Assembly: GCA_003693705.1 (NCBI GenBank)
Contig: RBZT01000703.1
Coordinates: forward strand, 34,919 to 98,918
Direction: 5' to 3'
DNA length: 64,000 nucleotides
Source: Polymyxa betae A26-41
Taxonomy: Eukaryota > Protista > Endomyxa: Phytomyxea
In this document: positions 50,935 through 63,562 of the stretch, in pieces
Numbering within the stretch: position 1 is the stretch's first letter
How the letters are laid out: each line of letters starts with the position of its first letter
Program-made: the position numbers and the translations under genes
Notes under the pieces: model-generated
What the model was told of the DNA's origin: nothing
Databases searched by the model: none
Seen by the model: only the letters and a program-made list of their open reading frames with translations

Positions 50935-52329
50935 TCATCTGATAGGGAGAAATTCGTGCATAGAATGTTGGATATTATTTGTTGAGCAATCTTCAAATCT
51001 GGCAAAACATCTGGCGCCGGTTACAGGATGACGGGACAATACAACAGGCCAAATGGAGAACCCGCTGGCACAGGCAATAGCACATCTCGACTGAGAAATG
51101 AGAAAGAATTCGGCCCAAGCGCGGCGGTTCCTCTCTTCGAAACCTTGACTACGACCTGCCCTCTCAACATGAAACGGCTGAGTCATGTCATCATAGATAA
51201 CATTCTGTAGAGAAGCGTTTGCAAATCTCTCCTTTGTGGCAAAATCGTCTGATGTGACATAGACAGGATATGTGCCCACGACATCGGTCATGTTTTGCAG
51301 ACAGCCAATGAACCTATCTAAGTCGTTTTCGCCGTTATGCCTGAATGGATCACCCCAATATCCACCTCGACGGATATGAACAGCGAAGTAGTCATCCCCA
51401 ATTCGGGTTCTTTCCTTCAAAGATTTTATATCTTGTATCAGAGCGTCTGTTGGGCGCATTAAAGCTGTCCAGGCCCATGTGAATAGCATTTCATTCCAGA
51501 TTTTGGTGTCGTTCCCGTGAGGAATCTTTTCCAGATCAGTCAATATTTGAGATTGTGGATAGATGCATACCTGGACATTCTCGCGAGCTTCTCGTAGTTC
51601 CGGGCTATTCATGACAGTGGGCCAAATGATGTAATTTGTTCGGACGACAATCACTCTCTGGCTCTGAATATTTGGTGACACCAAATTATAGAGGTCATAG
51701 TTCACATGGTCAACCGAATAATACTTCCAAGTAGCTTCTCTGCAATAGAGGCAGCATTGGCTGACCAATCAATGGTTGCGGATTTTAAGACATCAGATAT
51801 GTCAACGGGGTCTGGATTTACAATTAACAGTTTCCGACGAGTAAGTAAAGCCATGTAGAAACTGGTGACAATCCCTCGAACTCGATCCCCGATCCCGCCG
51901 CAAGGTAAGTCGTCATTACAGACCCAAACTAAATATCTGGTCTCGTTCGTGTTCGGGCTTTTATGGAATTGCAAATATTCTTCAATCCATTCTGGGTATT
52001 CAACGACTTTCTCCTACACATGTGTTTAGGTTGGAACCATATCACTAGGCACTTCATACTAAATTTCTGACAGAGGTTTGTGTCACATTCAATGCTTGAA
52101 ATCTACCATGCTATACAATAGCATTTAGTAATTGGTGAAACATCAATCGACACATGGCCATTACAACAGAATGAGATGACCACCAATGCTCGAATCGAAG
52201 GGTATTCGACGAAGGATGGGCGGCATATACCCAAAGGATAAAGGTGGCGTATGTCATTGACAGAGTTAATGTGGCCGCCAGAAAACAGACCTTGCGACGC
52301 CTTCGCAAGCGCTCATTGAGCGCTTGCAT
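50935..52329 (-). CDS. Type II membrane fucosyltransferase-like glycosyltransferase (GT-B; FUT8/NodZ/GT37-like motifs) with an apparent frameshift near 51738
   Basis: N-terminal TM after RLRRRRK; CGGIGDRVRGIVTSFYMALLTRR, FAVHIRRG, VYVTSDD, AEFFLISQS...SGFS. Confidence 0.8.
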
Positions 52330-52643
52330 AGCGAAAATTAGGTACGTAAACGTCAGGAATGTGTGCGTTGCATGCAGCTGCCTTTATGCAGCCGCCGTCA
52401 CACAGGTCCAAGTCAGAATCTCATCCAAAGTCATTTTGGCTCAAATCGTCATGGTATACATTGGAATTCAGAGCATACAAGAAGATTCCTCGCATTTATC
52501 ACTGATTCTGATTTGGAATCAGGCAGTTTTCAAATCAGAAGCAGTGATAAGTTAGGGTTTAACAGCTCAACCCTAGCAGGAGTCCGCGCTTACTTCGTGG
52601 GGCCTTCTGTTCACTGTTGAGGGAGACCTTATTTCATGTCATA

Positions 52644-55600
52644 ATGCAATCAGACAGCAATGCTGTTGACGAAAATCTCAGGCCGTTACAACCGCCTGTG
52701 AATACGACTGAGGGCGAATCGGCTTCCAGGCGTGCGACTCGCGAGAAACTCATACAACGGGTACATTGTAATCGGACTGAGCAAGTTCCAGTAATAAATT
52801 GGTATTGTTATATAGCATCCCGCTCTGTTTGAAAGATCTAGAGCTTTGGCGTCCATTAAAAATGAACTCTGCACCAGCATTAATACAGACAATATTTCCT
52901 GGAGTTCGGGTGAAGATGCTGTTGCTAAACTTGAGAAGAAACTAGTTAAATTAGAAGGCGACTTGTCAGAATCAATACTTAAATCAGCTAAGAGTTCCGC
53001 AATGACACATTCTATAGATCGGAAGCCAAATCCGAAAGTGATGCTTTAAACATCTACATAAAGGATCTGGAGCAAGACAAACATCGTTTACTGTTTGATA
53101 ACGAGCAGCTAAAAGATGCCCTACTGGATGCTGAGAAAAATGTCAGAATTTACACTGTCTATGCGATTTGTAACAGGTGTTCTCTTCAGCTTCAGAGCGC
53201 ACAGCTGGACATCGAAATTCTGAAGGAGCAACGCGAATCATGGCAAGAGAACTTAATAGCATCTGTAGATCACGAGCAAAGGTTAATGTTGGCGTCGTTT
53301 CACCTGAAGACTGTCTAATTCGTGTCTTAGAGAAACTCTGAATGAAAAGCAAATAAGCTCAAAATTAGTTGATACCGTAAACAGACTGGCAAAGCACACG
53401 CTGCAAATGCAGCGGCAGAATTCGGCCTTAAATCAGGCATGATGTCATTCCTTGTATGCATCCACCTGATTTATTTGCTGCAGGAGTTAGAATTCGAACG
53501 AGGGCAACTACATGAGCTGAAAAACCGATGGAACGAACTGAAATCTGCAATGAAACAGCATCAGTGTAAAATGAAAACCGAAGACCGGGGCCCTGAGTTA
53601 GAACTGCATCGGCTTAATGCTCAGATAGAACTGAGCAACGACCAAATCCAGTGAGTTGCTTTCATGATGGAGACATAGCTTTTCTAAAAACGCGCTCTAG
53701 GTATCTTGAGGCATTAGCTTCGACTCAAGCTGAGATAGAGCTGGGTCATGTGGAACTTGCTACAGAACTACAGACCGAATTGGATGAAAAGGTTGGCCAA
53801 ACAGTGCCAGCTGTTGAGTCTTGTATTGAATTCATTTGCTCAGGATGGAGAGATTTCAGTTCTTTACCGAACACTGAGAACACTTCAGAAACACATGCAT
53901 CGCCTTTACGTAGAAGCTCAGCGGTCTAGAGAATTAATTGGCATTTTGCAACGAGAAAATATAGTAAATTACTTTTTTACCGGAAAGAGTGTTTTGACAC
54001 CCTTCAGCGACTTCAGGTTTGAGATTATCTAAAATTTTCGTAGGACCTCCATCACGCAATGCAGCGATTGGAAGATCGCCAAAATGAGCTTCGTAATCAG
54101 TCGCAAGAGAAATCGAACCGAAATATGCATTTAATACGTTTACTGCGTCAAACGCAGAGAACTCAAATTGAGCATCATCTCCGCCAGTTGCAATGCATCC
54201 AGCTTGAACATCAACTGAAGATTGCCGAGGTGATTTGATGTCTACACTTGAGAAAACTCCCCCAAGATGTTTTTTCTTAGATGCGAATACCACCCTTGTT
54301 CATTCAACCCGAGGAAGCTGCTTCAACGAATGCATTGCTGTGCTTACATCGCATCATGTTTAAATCGCGGTTTGATATTTCAGATCTCTCTATCATTTTC
54401 TGAAATATGGCCAGTCTTATATTGGGGCAATTCGATGAGAAGCTCTCAGGTTCCGAGATGACCCCAGAATTCCATCTTGCGTTGGTTCCTGCTGATCACC
54501 TGTCGCTACGGTTTGACATTTGTTTTGCTTAGGTGCCATTGTGCTCGGTTATGTGCAAACTTGCAGTCTTTAGCGCATCAAGCTCTTGCTGTTCTGTCAA
54601 ATATCGATATCGATGCATATCTTCGCGTCGTGAGGCTATTGTTAACGGATCTTTTTATATCTCATGTCTAACAAATGGGAAAGGGCACATATTCGGGCGA
54701 TTTATTAGCTTGCGAAGTGGCATGCGATAAATCCTTACAGATTCTTGCGGATGACATGCTGACAATCGACTTTGATATTGCGTCATTACGTTCTTCAAAC
54801 GATACCTTAACGGTTGTTATTCTCATTATTCTAATCCTCAGCACTAACAGCAACGCAGATGCTTGTAACAGAACTGCAACCGCAAGCCTGTAGTATCGGG
54901 GCATGTGAGCAGATTGTGCAATCTACGCTTGCTCGTGTTTACTTCCAGCAACTTGAACAGAGTGCATTCTGGGAAGAATTTCGTACGAAAATCGCAAACC
55001 GTAAGCTTTTGTGTTCTTCTGCGTGCATTTAAGTTTAAACGCTTTTTAGCACTGTGCACTGATGACGATGTCTGGCGAATTACCGTCACTACAACTCTGG
55101 ATAACATGTTTTCTGCCTATAACCGTGCTTTGTCGACTTCCAGAGTGGCGTTCCACGAAGCTGATAGTCGTGCTGGCTTACTGTTAAACTACGAGGAATC
55201 TTTTTTTAGCGTAGTCAGTGAGCTCAATAGCCTATCTGATCAGGCTAACGATGCGGTCAAGTCGATGTGCGCTAAGGTGGGAGAAAAGTTGCTAATTTGT
55301 TTTTAAAGTCGATTGACCTTCTTTCAGGTCGACACTACTGTTGATAGTTCCCATGCTGATGAAATCAGTGCGTTATTTCGCGAATCGCATGACGAAATCA
55401 CCAGAAGCTTCGGGTAATTGTTTGTAGACCTTCTCTTCGTTTGATAAGTTTGGCAATGCGTAGACGCATTGCTCACATCTTGAGTGAAATTGTCATGAAA
55501 GTTACCAAAGCGGTCCGCACAGATCTTGGGTTTGATCTCTATAAACTGCAATTTCACTCGCCAGTCAACAAGTTAAGTATCAATTTAAATATTAGCTTCA

Positions 55601-56515
55601 GCTGAGTGATACAATCATTAGAAACGCAAATGCACCACCATGGGAGCTATATGCTGCTGAAATCAAAAATCAACTTCAAGATACCGACAAAATTCGTATG
55701 GTGAGTTCTAATTGTTTGTGAAAGCATAACACTGACGACATCTATTTAGACTTTGCAATGCTTACAAAGTGAAATGGATGAGAACGAGGCTCGTTATGCA
55801 GCGCTCAGCAGAGACTTGGAATTCGAGCGTCTACGTAGCGAGGCTTTTTGCCAAAAGCTCGAAATTCTCAAGACCAGAGAACTGCAGTATCAGGAAACTA
55901 TACAAGAACTCAGAATTGCTCGTAATCCTTCTCCTGAGTTACCAAAGCCTTTGGTGTCGCCACTTTCGGCGATTTTAAGTTCAGAACACAACCGATCAAT
56001 GGAGGTGAGTGGTGTAACGAACATTTTTGCAATTCTGACTTGAAATCAGGCTGATTCTTCTATATTACGTTTGAGGCAGATTATCCAGACGTTGCGCTAT
56101 CGTCTTAATTTGTCACGATGTGGGTGCAGGCCGAAGCTGGTACAGAGAGTCAAGAAGAAACTTCCATCTCTGCGAGTTTTACCAAACAAATCAAACAGGT
56201 ACCAAACTATATATCTAATCCGAAATGGGAGCTAACATGCATAGCTTCAGTTCCGAGCCGGAAACAGAAATTTTGCCTTTGTCGGGAAACCTTTTACATC
56301 TGTTGTCCACTCCCATGCTTGTTTCTATAGCTCCCAGTTCTGAGCATAATTTGGCTGCCAGCTACGAACATAATCTGGTTCGAGATCAGCATTACAGACA
56401 ATGTCTGCGATTACGCCTCGAGCTGCAAGAAAGGAAAAAAAATGTGTCGTTGAGCCACGACAGCTCACCATGGATCGAGCATTATCAGACCTTGCCTTTT
56501 CCAGTATCTGTGTAA
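52644..56515 (+). CDS. Large coiled-coil protein, many exons, function unknown (could be more than one gene)
   Basis: Successive exons rich in E/L/Q/K/R heptads separated by ~50-nt GT-AG introns. Confidence 0.65.
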
Positions 56516-56671
56516 TAAATTACAGATGGGTGAAGGATCTCTTATAACGTACTCGTCTGATACTAAAATGACAGTTACCAATTAGGAGTAGTAACGTAAT
56601 ACAGGTAAAGGTATGTTGATTGGTAGTGCGTGAGGGTATCGCAATCATTTATCTGCTGTCTTGCTGATATC

Positions 56672-57737
56672 ATGTTATCGTCATGCAGATCTCTGATTTC
56701 ACGAATGCCAGGGCTGGTTCGTTTTGCCTCAGTCACTCCTGTCGTCAAAATTAGACCCGAACGTCAGAAATCTGGCTGTGATCGTTGGCGAATTCTATTG
56801 ACATCTGTTAGTTCCTGCATGCGAGGCTTGGGTTTTCAGTTTGGACTCGGAAAAACCCAAGGAAATTGTTCAGATTCCTTCCGATTTATTCGGCAGAGAG
56901 CCCCGGCCAGACATTTTGCAACGCATGTAAATTGGACGTTTTCCCAAAAACTGGTGCTGAACTTGGCCAGGGTCCGTTGGCAGTTGGCAAAGAAGCGAGG
57001 GATGTCCACGTCAAAAACGAAAGGACGAGCCGAAGTAATCAAATGGCTCTGTTTGCAACAGTGTTAAAAAGAATTAGGTTCGCGGAGGTGGTAAGAAGCC
57101 ATTCGCCCAAAAGGGTACAGGTCGTGCTCGTCAAGGTTCTATTCGAAGCCCGCTTCACCGAGGTGGTGGGCACGTATTTCCTAAAAAGCCCAGAGATTTC
57201 TCATACCAGCTGAATAAGAAGGTACGATCTTCTCTATATTTTAGCATCATGATCCTAACGCTGTAGCATTAGGTTCGCCAATTGGCTTTAAAGGTATAAA
57301 TCGGCAGCGATACTCGAGTTTAGTTGTTAATAGCTGCTCAGATTGCTTTGTCAACGCGTTACAAAGAAGGAAATCTTATCGTTTTGGATCATGCCAGTAC
57401 GTGTTCAATTCCCGTATGCGATTTAGTCTCAGTCAATTTCGTGAGTAGAGCTGGAGACACATAAGACAAAAGATATGGACAAGCTTAGATCCAAACTGTC
57501 ACTTTATCATACCATGATTATTGACGGCAATGAGGTTATGATAAGATCGGAATTTGGTTATTTTCGCTCAATTGTGATTAGCTGGACAAGAATGCTGAAC
57601 TTGCTATTCGGAATATCCCTGATCTGCATTTGACCCCCTGTAAATCTGCGAACGTTTACGATATTCTCAAGAACAAAAAGCTTGTAATCACAGTTGATGG
57701 CATTAAGGGATTACAGAATCGCCTATCTGCTGCATAA
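56672..57737 (+). CDS. MRPL4: Mitochondrial ribosomal protein uL4m, multi-exon
   Basis: [71 protein letters not shown]. Confidence 0.96.
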
Positions 57738-57840
57738 CAGGCCTCCATGCTTCCGAGGACATAAAACACGAATCTACTCAGAACGTTTAGATTTATTAAT
57801 GCAATTAGATATAAGCTATGTCGTCCAAGTTTGTTTAATT

Positions 57841-60570
57841 TCAGCTCCTCTCAACATACGATGGGTTTCTCTTGACTTTGCGTGACCGCTTTGGTCGATG
57901 CGGTTTCTCAGAGCACGAGTCATCGTCTGAGGTGTCTTCAAGAATTATAGGACTGGGATCAATTTGGTCGTCAGGGCAATCAGGCGCTTCGAACCCCGTC
58001 TTTAAGTTTTTATCCGAGTTGTTCGGCGCCAGCGTCCCATTGCTCGCAATTGATCGTGATGGTCCTGATACTGAATTGTGATAAGATCTAGAAGGGAGAT
58101 CCTTGGTGTTATCGTCGTCGCTACATGAAGCTTCCTCATCCTCTGCATGCCTGTTTCTCTTCTTGATATATTTCGATGGAACCTCCTCTGTGTGCTTTCT
58201 CTTATTCTTTGGCTTCCTGTACGATGGGCGGATGTCCTCCTCCTCCTCATCAGAATCGGAATCTTCACAATAATCGTTGTCGTCCGATTCATCGTCGCTG
58301 CTGCATTCTTCTATCTGCTTTGTCGCCTTGGGTTTACTTTGGTGGGTCATCATGTTAGGGTGAAGGTTAGCTGAGCGTCGAGATACCAAAGGTGAGATCA
58401 AATGATCTTTCGATGATGGCGATCGCGTAGCCTTTAACGGCAACCTGAATGAGGCGATTGTAGCATTGACAGACTCGGGGCGAGCCTGAACGGGCGCGGG
58501 ACCAAGCGTAGGCTGTATAGGTGGCAGCGACGGTGAAGACGTTCGTGAATGATGCATGCTGTGAAAGATTGAGGCCCTCGATGGAGATGTGCCGTTGGCA
58601 GATTGCAGTGTTTGGGCGAAGTTTGGTGGCAATTCCGAGTAAGAGTTGTCAGCCGATGAATTGTTCGAATCGGGCAATGATGACCTTGGAAAAGGTTTCG
58701 AGGAGTCGTTCGTAGTCGAATTTCCAGACGTTGGAGAAGGTCTCGAGGACTTGCTCGTAGTAGAGTAATTTCCAGACGTTGGAGAAGGTTTCGAGGACTT
58801 GCTCGTAGTAGAGTAATTTCCAGACGTTGGAGAAGGTTTCGAGGACTTGCTCGTAGTAGAGTAATTTCCAGACGTTGGAAAAGGTTGCGAGGAGTTGCTC
58901 GTTGTCGAATTTCCAGCAGGAATCTGTCCTATTCCTTTGGCAGAGCCTGCGTTGTTTGACTTTGCTTTAGGATAAGACCCCTTTGACAACGTGGCGGAAG
59001 AATTCTGCATGGGAACCGAAAAACTAATATTCATTGGCTTGTTGGTAGCATTGTTGGCATTAACACTGATCGAGATCAGAACAGGACTGGACGAGTTATC
59101 CGAAGAACTTGTTGGTGTAGGCTCTGGTCCGTCCGAGGTTGCCGACTTGGCATCTGTTGCAGCCTGTTTTGACATTCTCCCTACTTTCGACAGGGGTGTA
59201 GGACTTTCTCCATCTCCAGTCTCTACTGGTGCTGGTGACGATGTGCCCACAACTGGTGAAGGTGTGGCAGCAGCGGGCGTTGGTGATGATGCCGGTTTCG
59301 CCTGGGGTTGGCCCTTCGGTTTGAATGTCGGCCCTGTTTTCGGAAACTCCATGTCGATAGGCACTGAGGGAGTCGATGCAATTAAGGAAGCTAAAGGATA
59401 TTCGGAATCCGATGGCGAGGAAGCCAGTGGCGTCCCTGCTCCAGTTCCCGCATTCGGAGATGGCTCATTTGCAGATGTCCCTGGACTTGGCGAAGTTGAT
59501 GGTGTCTTTGCTCCAGAATTCGGGGATGGAGCAGTTGCTGATGTTCTTGGACTCGGCGCTGGTGAATATACTGCTGAAGAGGTTGACGGCGTTGCTTGTG
59601 GAGCTGAAGGTGCTGTCATTGGCGGTGATGCTGGTGCAGAAGCTGGTGAAGTTGCAGGTGCAGAAGCAGGTGAAATTGCAGGTGCAGAAGCTGGTGAAAT
59701 TGCAGGTGCAGAAGCTGGTGAACTTGCAGGTGCAGAAGCTGGTGAAATTGCAGATGCACTAGCTGAAGATCCTGCTGGACTACTAGATGCCACAGCTGCC
59801 GCTGCTGCTGTTTGCCGTGTCGATGATGAACCTGTAGGAGGGGTTATTGCCGACATTGAAGCCCCAGAAGGTGTGGACACCGCGGCCGCAGCTGAAGGCA
59901 TGCCGGCACTGCTACTTGACATCATCTCTGACGCCAGCCCAGTGGCCGACATTGACATCTGGTTAATGGCAGAAGCAGTAGGGCCCGAAGGCAGTCCAGC
60001 CGATGAAGTTTGCGACATTTGAGATGACGGCATCATAGGTGGCATCTTCATCCCAGCAGATGATGGCATCATTTGCATTGGTGATGGAGCGGGCTGCATC
60101 ATCCCAGCAGGAGCAGAAACTCGCAATGCACCCGCTGGACCTTTCAAGCCCAGAGACATCGCCGGTACAGGCGCCCCCATTGGATTTGGCATCAAGGTTC
60201 CAGATTGAAACGGTGGTACAGCTGCAGAAGGAATTTGCTTCATCGGAGGTGCCTTAGTCATAGGCGGCGCCGGGGTGAACATAGGCGTGGGTGGTGGCGT
60301 CATCATAACGAGAGGATTCGCTGGGATCTCCATTGGAGTCGGAGGAGGCGTCTTAGGCGGGTCGAGCATCTGAGCGAATTGCTCGTCTTGCACGACAGTC
60401 CATGGGACCTGATCGGGTTCCAGCTGGATGCTGAATTGAGCTGGTTGAGGTGCGTTTTGAACAGCTGCAGGTTGGGGTGCGTACGGCGGTCCTGCAGGTT
60501 GAGGTGCGAATTGAGCTGATATTACATAAGAAGTTAGGAGCAGGATGAGCGCCAGGCTCATCCATCGCAT
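57841..60570 (-). CDS. Secreted Ser/Pro/Ala/Thr-rich mucin-like protein (909 aa, intronless)
   Basis: Signal peptide MRWMSLALILLLTSYVISA; P/M-rich then S/P/A-rich repeat regions; acidic and basic C-terminal blocks. Confidence 0.85.
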   Translation of the reverse strand: MRWMSLALILLLTSYVISAQFAPQPAGPPYAPQPAAVQNAPQPAQFSIQLEPDQVPWTVVQDEQFAQMLDPPKTPPPTPMEIPANPLVMMTPPPTPMFTPAPPMTKAPPMKQIPSAAVPPFQSGTLMPNPMGAPVPAMSLGLKGPAGALRVSAPAGMMQPAPSPMQMMPSSAGMKMPPMMPSSQMSQTSSAGLPSGPTASAINQMSMSATGLASEMMSSSSAGMPSAAAAVSTPSGASMSAITPPTGSSSTRQTAAAAAVASSSPAGSSASASAISPASAPASSPASAPAISPASAPAISPASAPATSPASAPASPPMTAPSAPQATPSTSSAVYSPAPSPRTSATAPSPNSGAKTPSTSPSPGTSANEPSPNAGTGAGTPLASSPSDSEYPLASLIASTPSVPIDMEFPKTGPTFKPKGQPQAKPASSPTPAAATPSPVVGTSSPAPVETGDGESPTPLSKVGRMSKQAATDAKSATSDGPEPTPTSSSDNSSSPVLISISVNANNATNKPMNISFSVPMQNSSATLSKGSYPKAKSNNAGSAKGIGQIPAGNSTTSNSSQPFPTSGNYSTTSKSSKPSPTSGNYSTTSKSSKPSPTSGNYSTTSKSSRPSPTSGNSTTNDSSKPFPRSSLPDSNNSSADNSYSELPPNFAQTLQSANGTSPSRASIFHSMHHSRTSSPSLPPIQPTLGPAPVQARPESVNATIASFRLPLKATRSPSSKDHLISPLVSRRSANLHPNMMTHQSKPKATKQIEECSSDDESDDNDYCEDSDSDEEEEDIRPSYRKPKNKRKHTEEVPSKYIKKRNRHAEDEEASCSDDDNTKDLPSRSYHNSVSGPSRSIASNGTLAPNNSDKNLKTGFEAPDCPDDQIDPSPIILEDTSDDDSCSEKPHRPKRSRKVKRNPSYVERS
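58720..58915. repeat. 48-bp coding tandem repeat, about 4 copies (SSKPSPTSGNYSTTSK)
   Basis: TTTCCAGACGTTGGAGAAGGTTTCGAGGACTTGCTCGTAGTAGAGTAA recurs head-to-tail. Confidence 0.92.
59630..59757. repeat. 24-bp coding tandem repeat, about 5 copies (SPASAPAI)
   Basis: GCAGGTGCAGAAGCTGGTGAAATT recurs head-to-tail. Confidence 0.92.
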
Positions 60571-60682
60571 TATGCTTGATCGACTTGGACGTTAAATATG
60601 GTTTTTGCGATACCTGCTTGAGTCACGATCGGTTTTGTATCTTGAGTCAAATACCGAAGTTTGAGTGATAGGTTTAATACAA

Positions 60683-61952
60683 TTATATCATATCGGTCAT
60701 TAATCGACGATGTTTTTGTGACAACGTTGGGATGTCGTATGGAGTTGGCGCTCGAGAAGCTGCCGTCTTTGCTGACAGCATCATACTTTTAATCTGGGCA
60801 TACTGATCCCAATCGTCGTGAATTGGTAGATCGTCTTCCTCGATCGGGGTGATCAACTGAAACCTGTTGTTGTTCTGACGCTCGAGAATCAATATTTGAC
60901 AGTTGGTCAGGTTATGCGTCCTCTAGAGTGGGATTTCATCAATTGTTCCTTTTCGTTAGTTATCTTGGCTTTACCTCGAATTTCTCAAATGACCAATGTA
61001 AAAATCTCATCAGGAAGAGTCGGCACTAAATTACACTGAATTTATAAACATTGAGAATCTTGCTTTTCTCGTACTGTTAAACCATGAGATATGATGACGA
61101 TATTCGGGGATGGATTTGAAGAGAAATCTCGACTACTCAACGTCAATTGAGGATATCAGGAACATCAAGTTTACTTACAATAACGATTCGAGAAAGTTTG
61201 ATACGCGATCAAAGACGTCAGCGCCTGGAGTCCGGAAATCAATGATGTATGAAGCGATTCTGATAAGATCTACCGGATTCGCCGGCAGGTATCCCTATCT
61301 TTATCAGTACCATTTAGAATAATTATCGCAGATCTCATACTTACTGTAAAAGAATGACCCGAACCGAGAGCGAAGACGCCTGCCATTGAGATTCTGAAAC
61401 AATACAATCGCGATTGAGCGTTTCTCTCCCTACCTGCATTCCTCAATGATCTCGTGATCCTGAAAGTTGCCCTAAATTGCGATCAGACAAACCTTCGATG
61501 TATGAGGAAACAATCCTTTACCCAATCCTGCTCGCGAAGACGGGGCTCTTCTCGCCATGTGAATTGAGCTTCGTCGAACGATTTCGCCACCATTTGGAAG
61601 GTTTGCCTGGTCCTTTGGTACGGGCTAACCCAGAACCGAACGCGCTCGTCGCCGATCATTTCCTTCAACTCTCTACCAGCCTGTTCGGCTTGAACCAGAC
61701 CATTCACCTAGCCTTCATACTCAGTAGATTTCTTTGCATGACATCAACGGCCATTACCGTTAACGGAATGGAATGATCAGGGATGAACTGGAATAAGTGC
61801 TGGTCGACATTGCCTTCGCTCTCTGCATGCCGTAACAAATAGATTCGCGAAGGCCGACACGGCCGTTTACAATAACGCCAGATTTTATATAGACACCAGA
61901 TATTGCAGCAGATTCCAGTGGCGATGGCGGTCGGCATGGCATACTTCTGCAT
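60683..61952 (-). CDS. Histidine phosphatase/phosphoglycerate mutase family protein (Det1-like), multi-exon
   Basis: IYLLRHAESEGN, FWVSPYQRTRQT, EEPRLREQDWGNFQ, RFGSFFY, GESGADVFDRVSNFL, IVIISHG. Confidence 0.92.
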
Positions 61953-62067
61953 GAAAACGACGACGCCTTAATGGCTCCAGCACGGTTGAAAGTTCGCTGA
62001 CCCAGGCCGTGTATGAATGGCAGCTGCCTTGCTAACCGTACTTGGAATGTTACGGTTGTGCTGCGTC

Positions 62068-63188
62068 TCACTCAGCTCGATTGTAACGTAATTCTTCACG
62101 AAATCGTTCGTAGCAAGCAGACCTTAGATGGCTGAGATCGTGATGCCTATCATCCAGCCCCGGGCGACCAGTATCGTCATGTTTAGCCAATATCTTCGCT
62201 AATTTACCCTTGAATGAAACCATCGATTGCTTCATATTGTATAATATATTTTCAATTACACACAAACCAAATTATAGCGTCCCAAGTTCATTTTCCATTG
62301 GGTAAACATCAAATTTATGGTTTCGGTCGATAAAACTGCAATATCTCAAACAAAAATTACAAAGACGAGAACTAATTAAATATATTTATTTATTTTGGGC
62401 CACTGCTGCTCCCACAATTTATAAAGTTTAGGATCGAACGGCTCTGTAAGCCGTTCATACACAGCGTAACGGCAAGCATCGCCATTACGCTGTGCAACGA
62501 ATCGATAGTACACTCGAACTTTCGAATGACTAGAAATTTTGTACAGAACTGCTTGTACAAGTTGCCGAGCTCGACTGGGACATGGTACGTGCTGGTACTT
62601 ATCGCAACTTTCGTTGACATAAGCCTGAATATAATTCATTAGAATATTGATTTCTAGAGGATTACCAAACTTGCCTCTAGACAACCATCAGCTTGTGACT
62701 TTTTAAATAGAAAAAGTTGAGAGTGTCCTCGCCCCTTATCCATTTTCAATTCTGCCATGGAGTTTCTACGATCAGATAGTAGATTCTGTCGGTCCAAGAC
62801 ACTACAGACATGTCATTATACAATTCCAAAAATTAAACAATGATATGTACCTGATGATGAACGCATCCGCGGTCGATATCAATCGATAGTGATTCGACTC
62901 CAGTGTCTGATCACCATCACGCATTGTTTTATACCTATTATAATTTAGAACAGTGTAGAAATTTTAACAGACACTTTTTTTTTGGTCTTTAGAGACGTAA
63001 CCAATTATGAGGTCTTCATCGAACCATAAATTATGGTAATTGGTACTCTTATCGCGTTTAATATGCGATAGAAATAATGCAGTATCGGTAGAGTATCGAC
63101 TGTACTCAGAATCATTCAGGACATCATGTTCGTCCTGCAATTGAGCAGTATAGCTAGCACCTTCTGTAACTTGAATACCAGAATGATA
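62068..63188 (-). pseudogene. Decayed intron-containing host-type gene, 5'-truncated at the virus-like segment
   Basis: Chain of exon-like frames (GIQVTEGASY...DLIIG; YKTMRDGDQ...; GKFGNPLEINILMNY...; ...EELRYNRAE*) separated by intron-sized gaps with damaged donors and an in-frame stop. No family recognised. Confidence 0.5.
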
Positions 63189-63562
63189 TTATTGAAAATC
63201 CACATAAGACCGATGACCCGAAAACGTTCTTATTTGACCAACAGCAAAAAAAGAGAGAAAAAGTAGAATATGAAGTCCCATTGTATGATATGGACTTCGA
63301 AGAGTTCCAAACGCTGATAAATAAGATGAAATCGGCACTGCCAAACATCCACAAAGATACAATGTTAAAAAAACTACGAAATAAACTAAAAATGATTACT
63401 GGAAATGATAAAATTGTAATCCATTCGCTACGAATGGTTTATGCTTACCTAATGTATGATGAGAGTGATAAAATCACACCCTTCCCGACATTCACCCAGC
63501 GCCTACTCGGGCACGACCATTCGTCGACATCCGTCCATTACAACCGCCTCAACATCGTCTAA
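63170..63562 (+). pseudogene. Protelomerase (telomere resolvase)-like tyrosine recombinase, C-terminal catalytic half only
   Basis: Frame open from 63170 (130 aa): FLFDQQQKKREKVEYEVPL...IHSLRMVYAYLMY...FTQRLLGHDHSSTSVHYNRLNIV. The first catalytic Arg and the N-terminal domain are missing. Confidence 0.75.

Noticed and set aside
1689-57737. Six mitochondrion-related genes in 64 kb as a possible functional cluster
   Set aside because: They are interspersed with unrelated genes and share no visible regulatory motif; enrichment cannot be shown without genome-wide counts.
58720-59757. Tandem repeats as a possible CRISPR array
   Set aside because: Head-to-tail in-frame coding repeats without unique spacers, in a eukaryotic gene.
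58991-60022. 343-aa Gly/Ala/Glu-rich plus-strand ORF
   Set aside because: Antisense shadow of the Ser/Pro-rich mucin-like gene.
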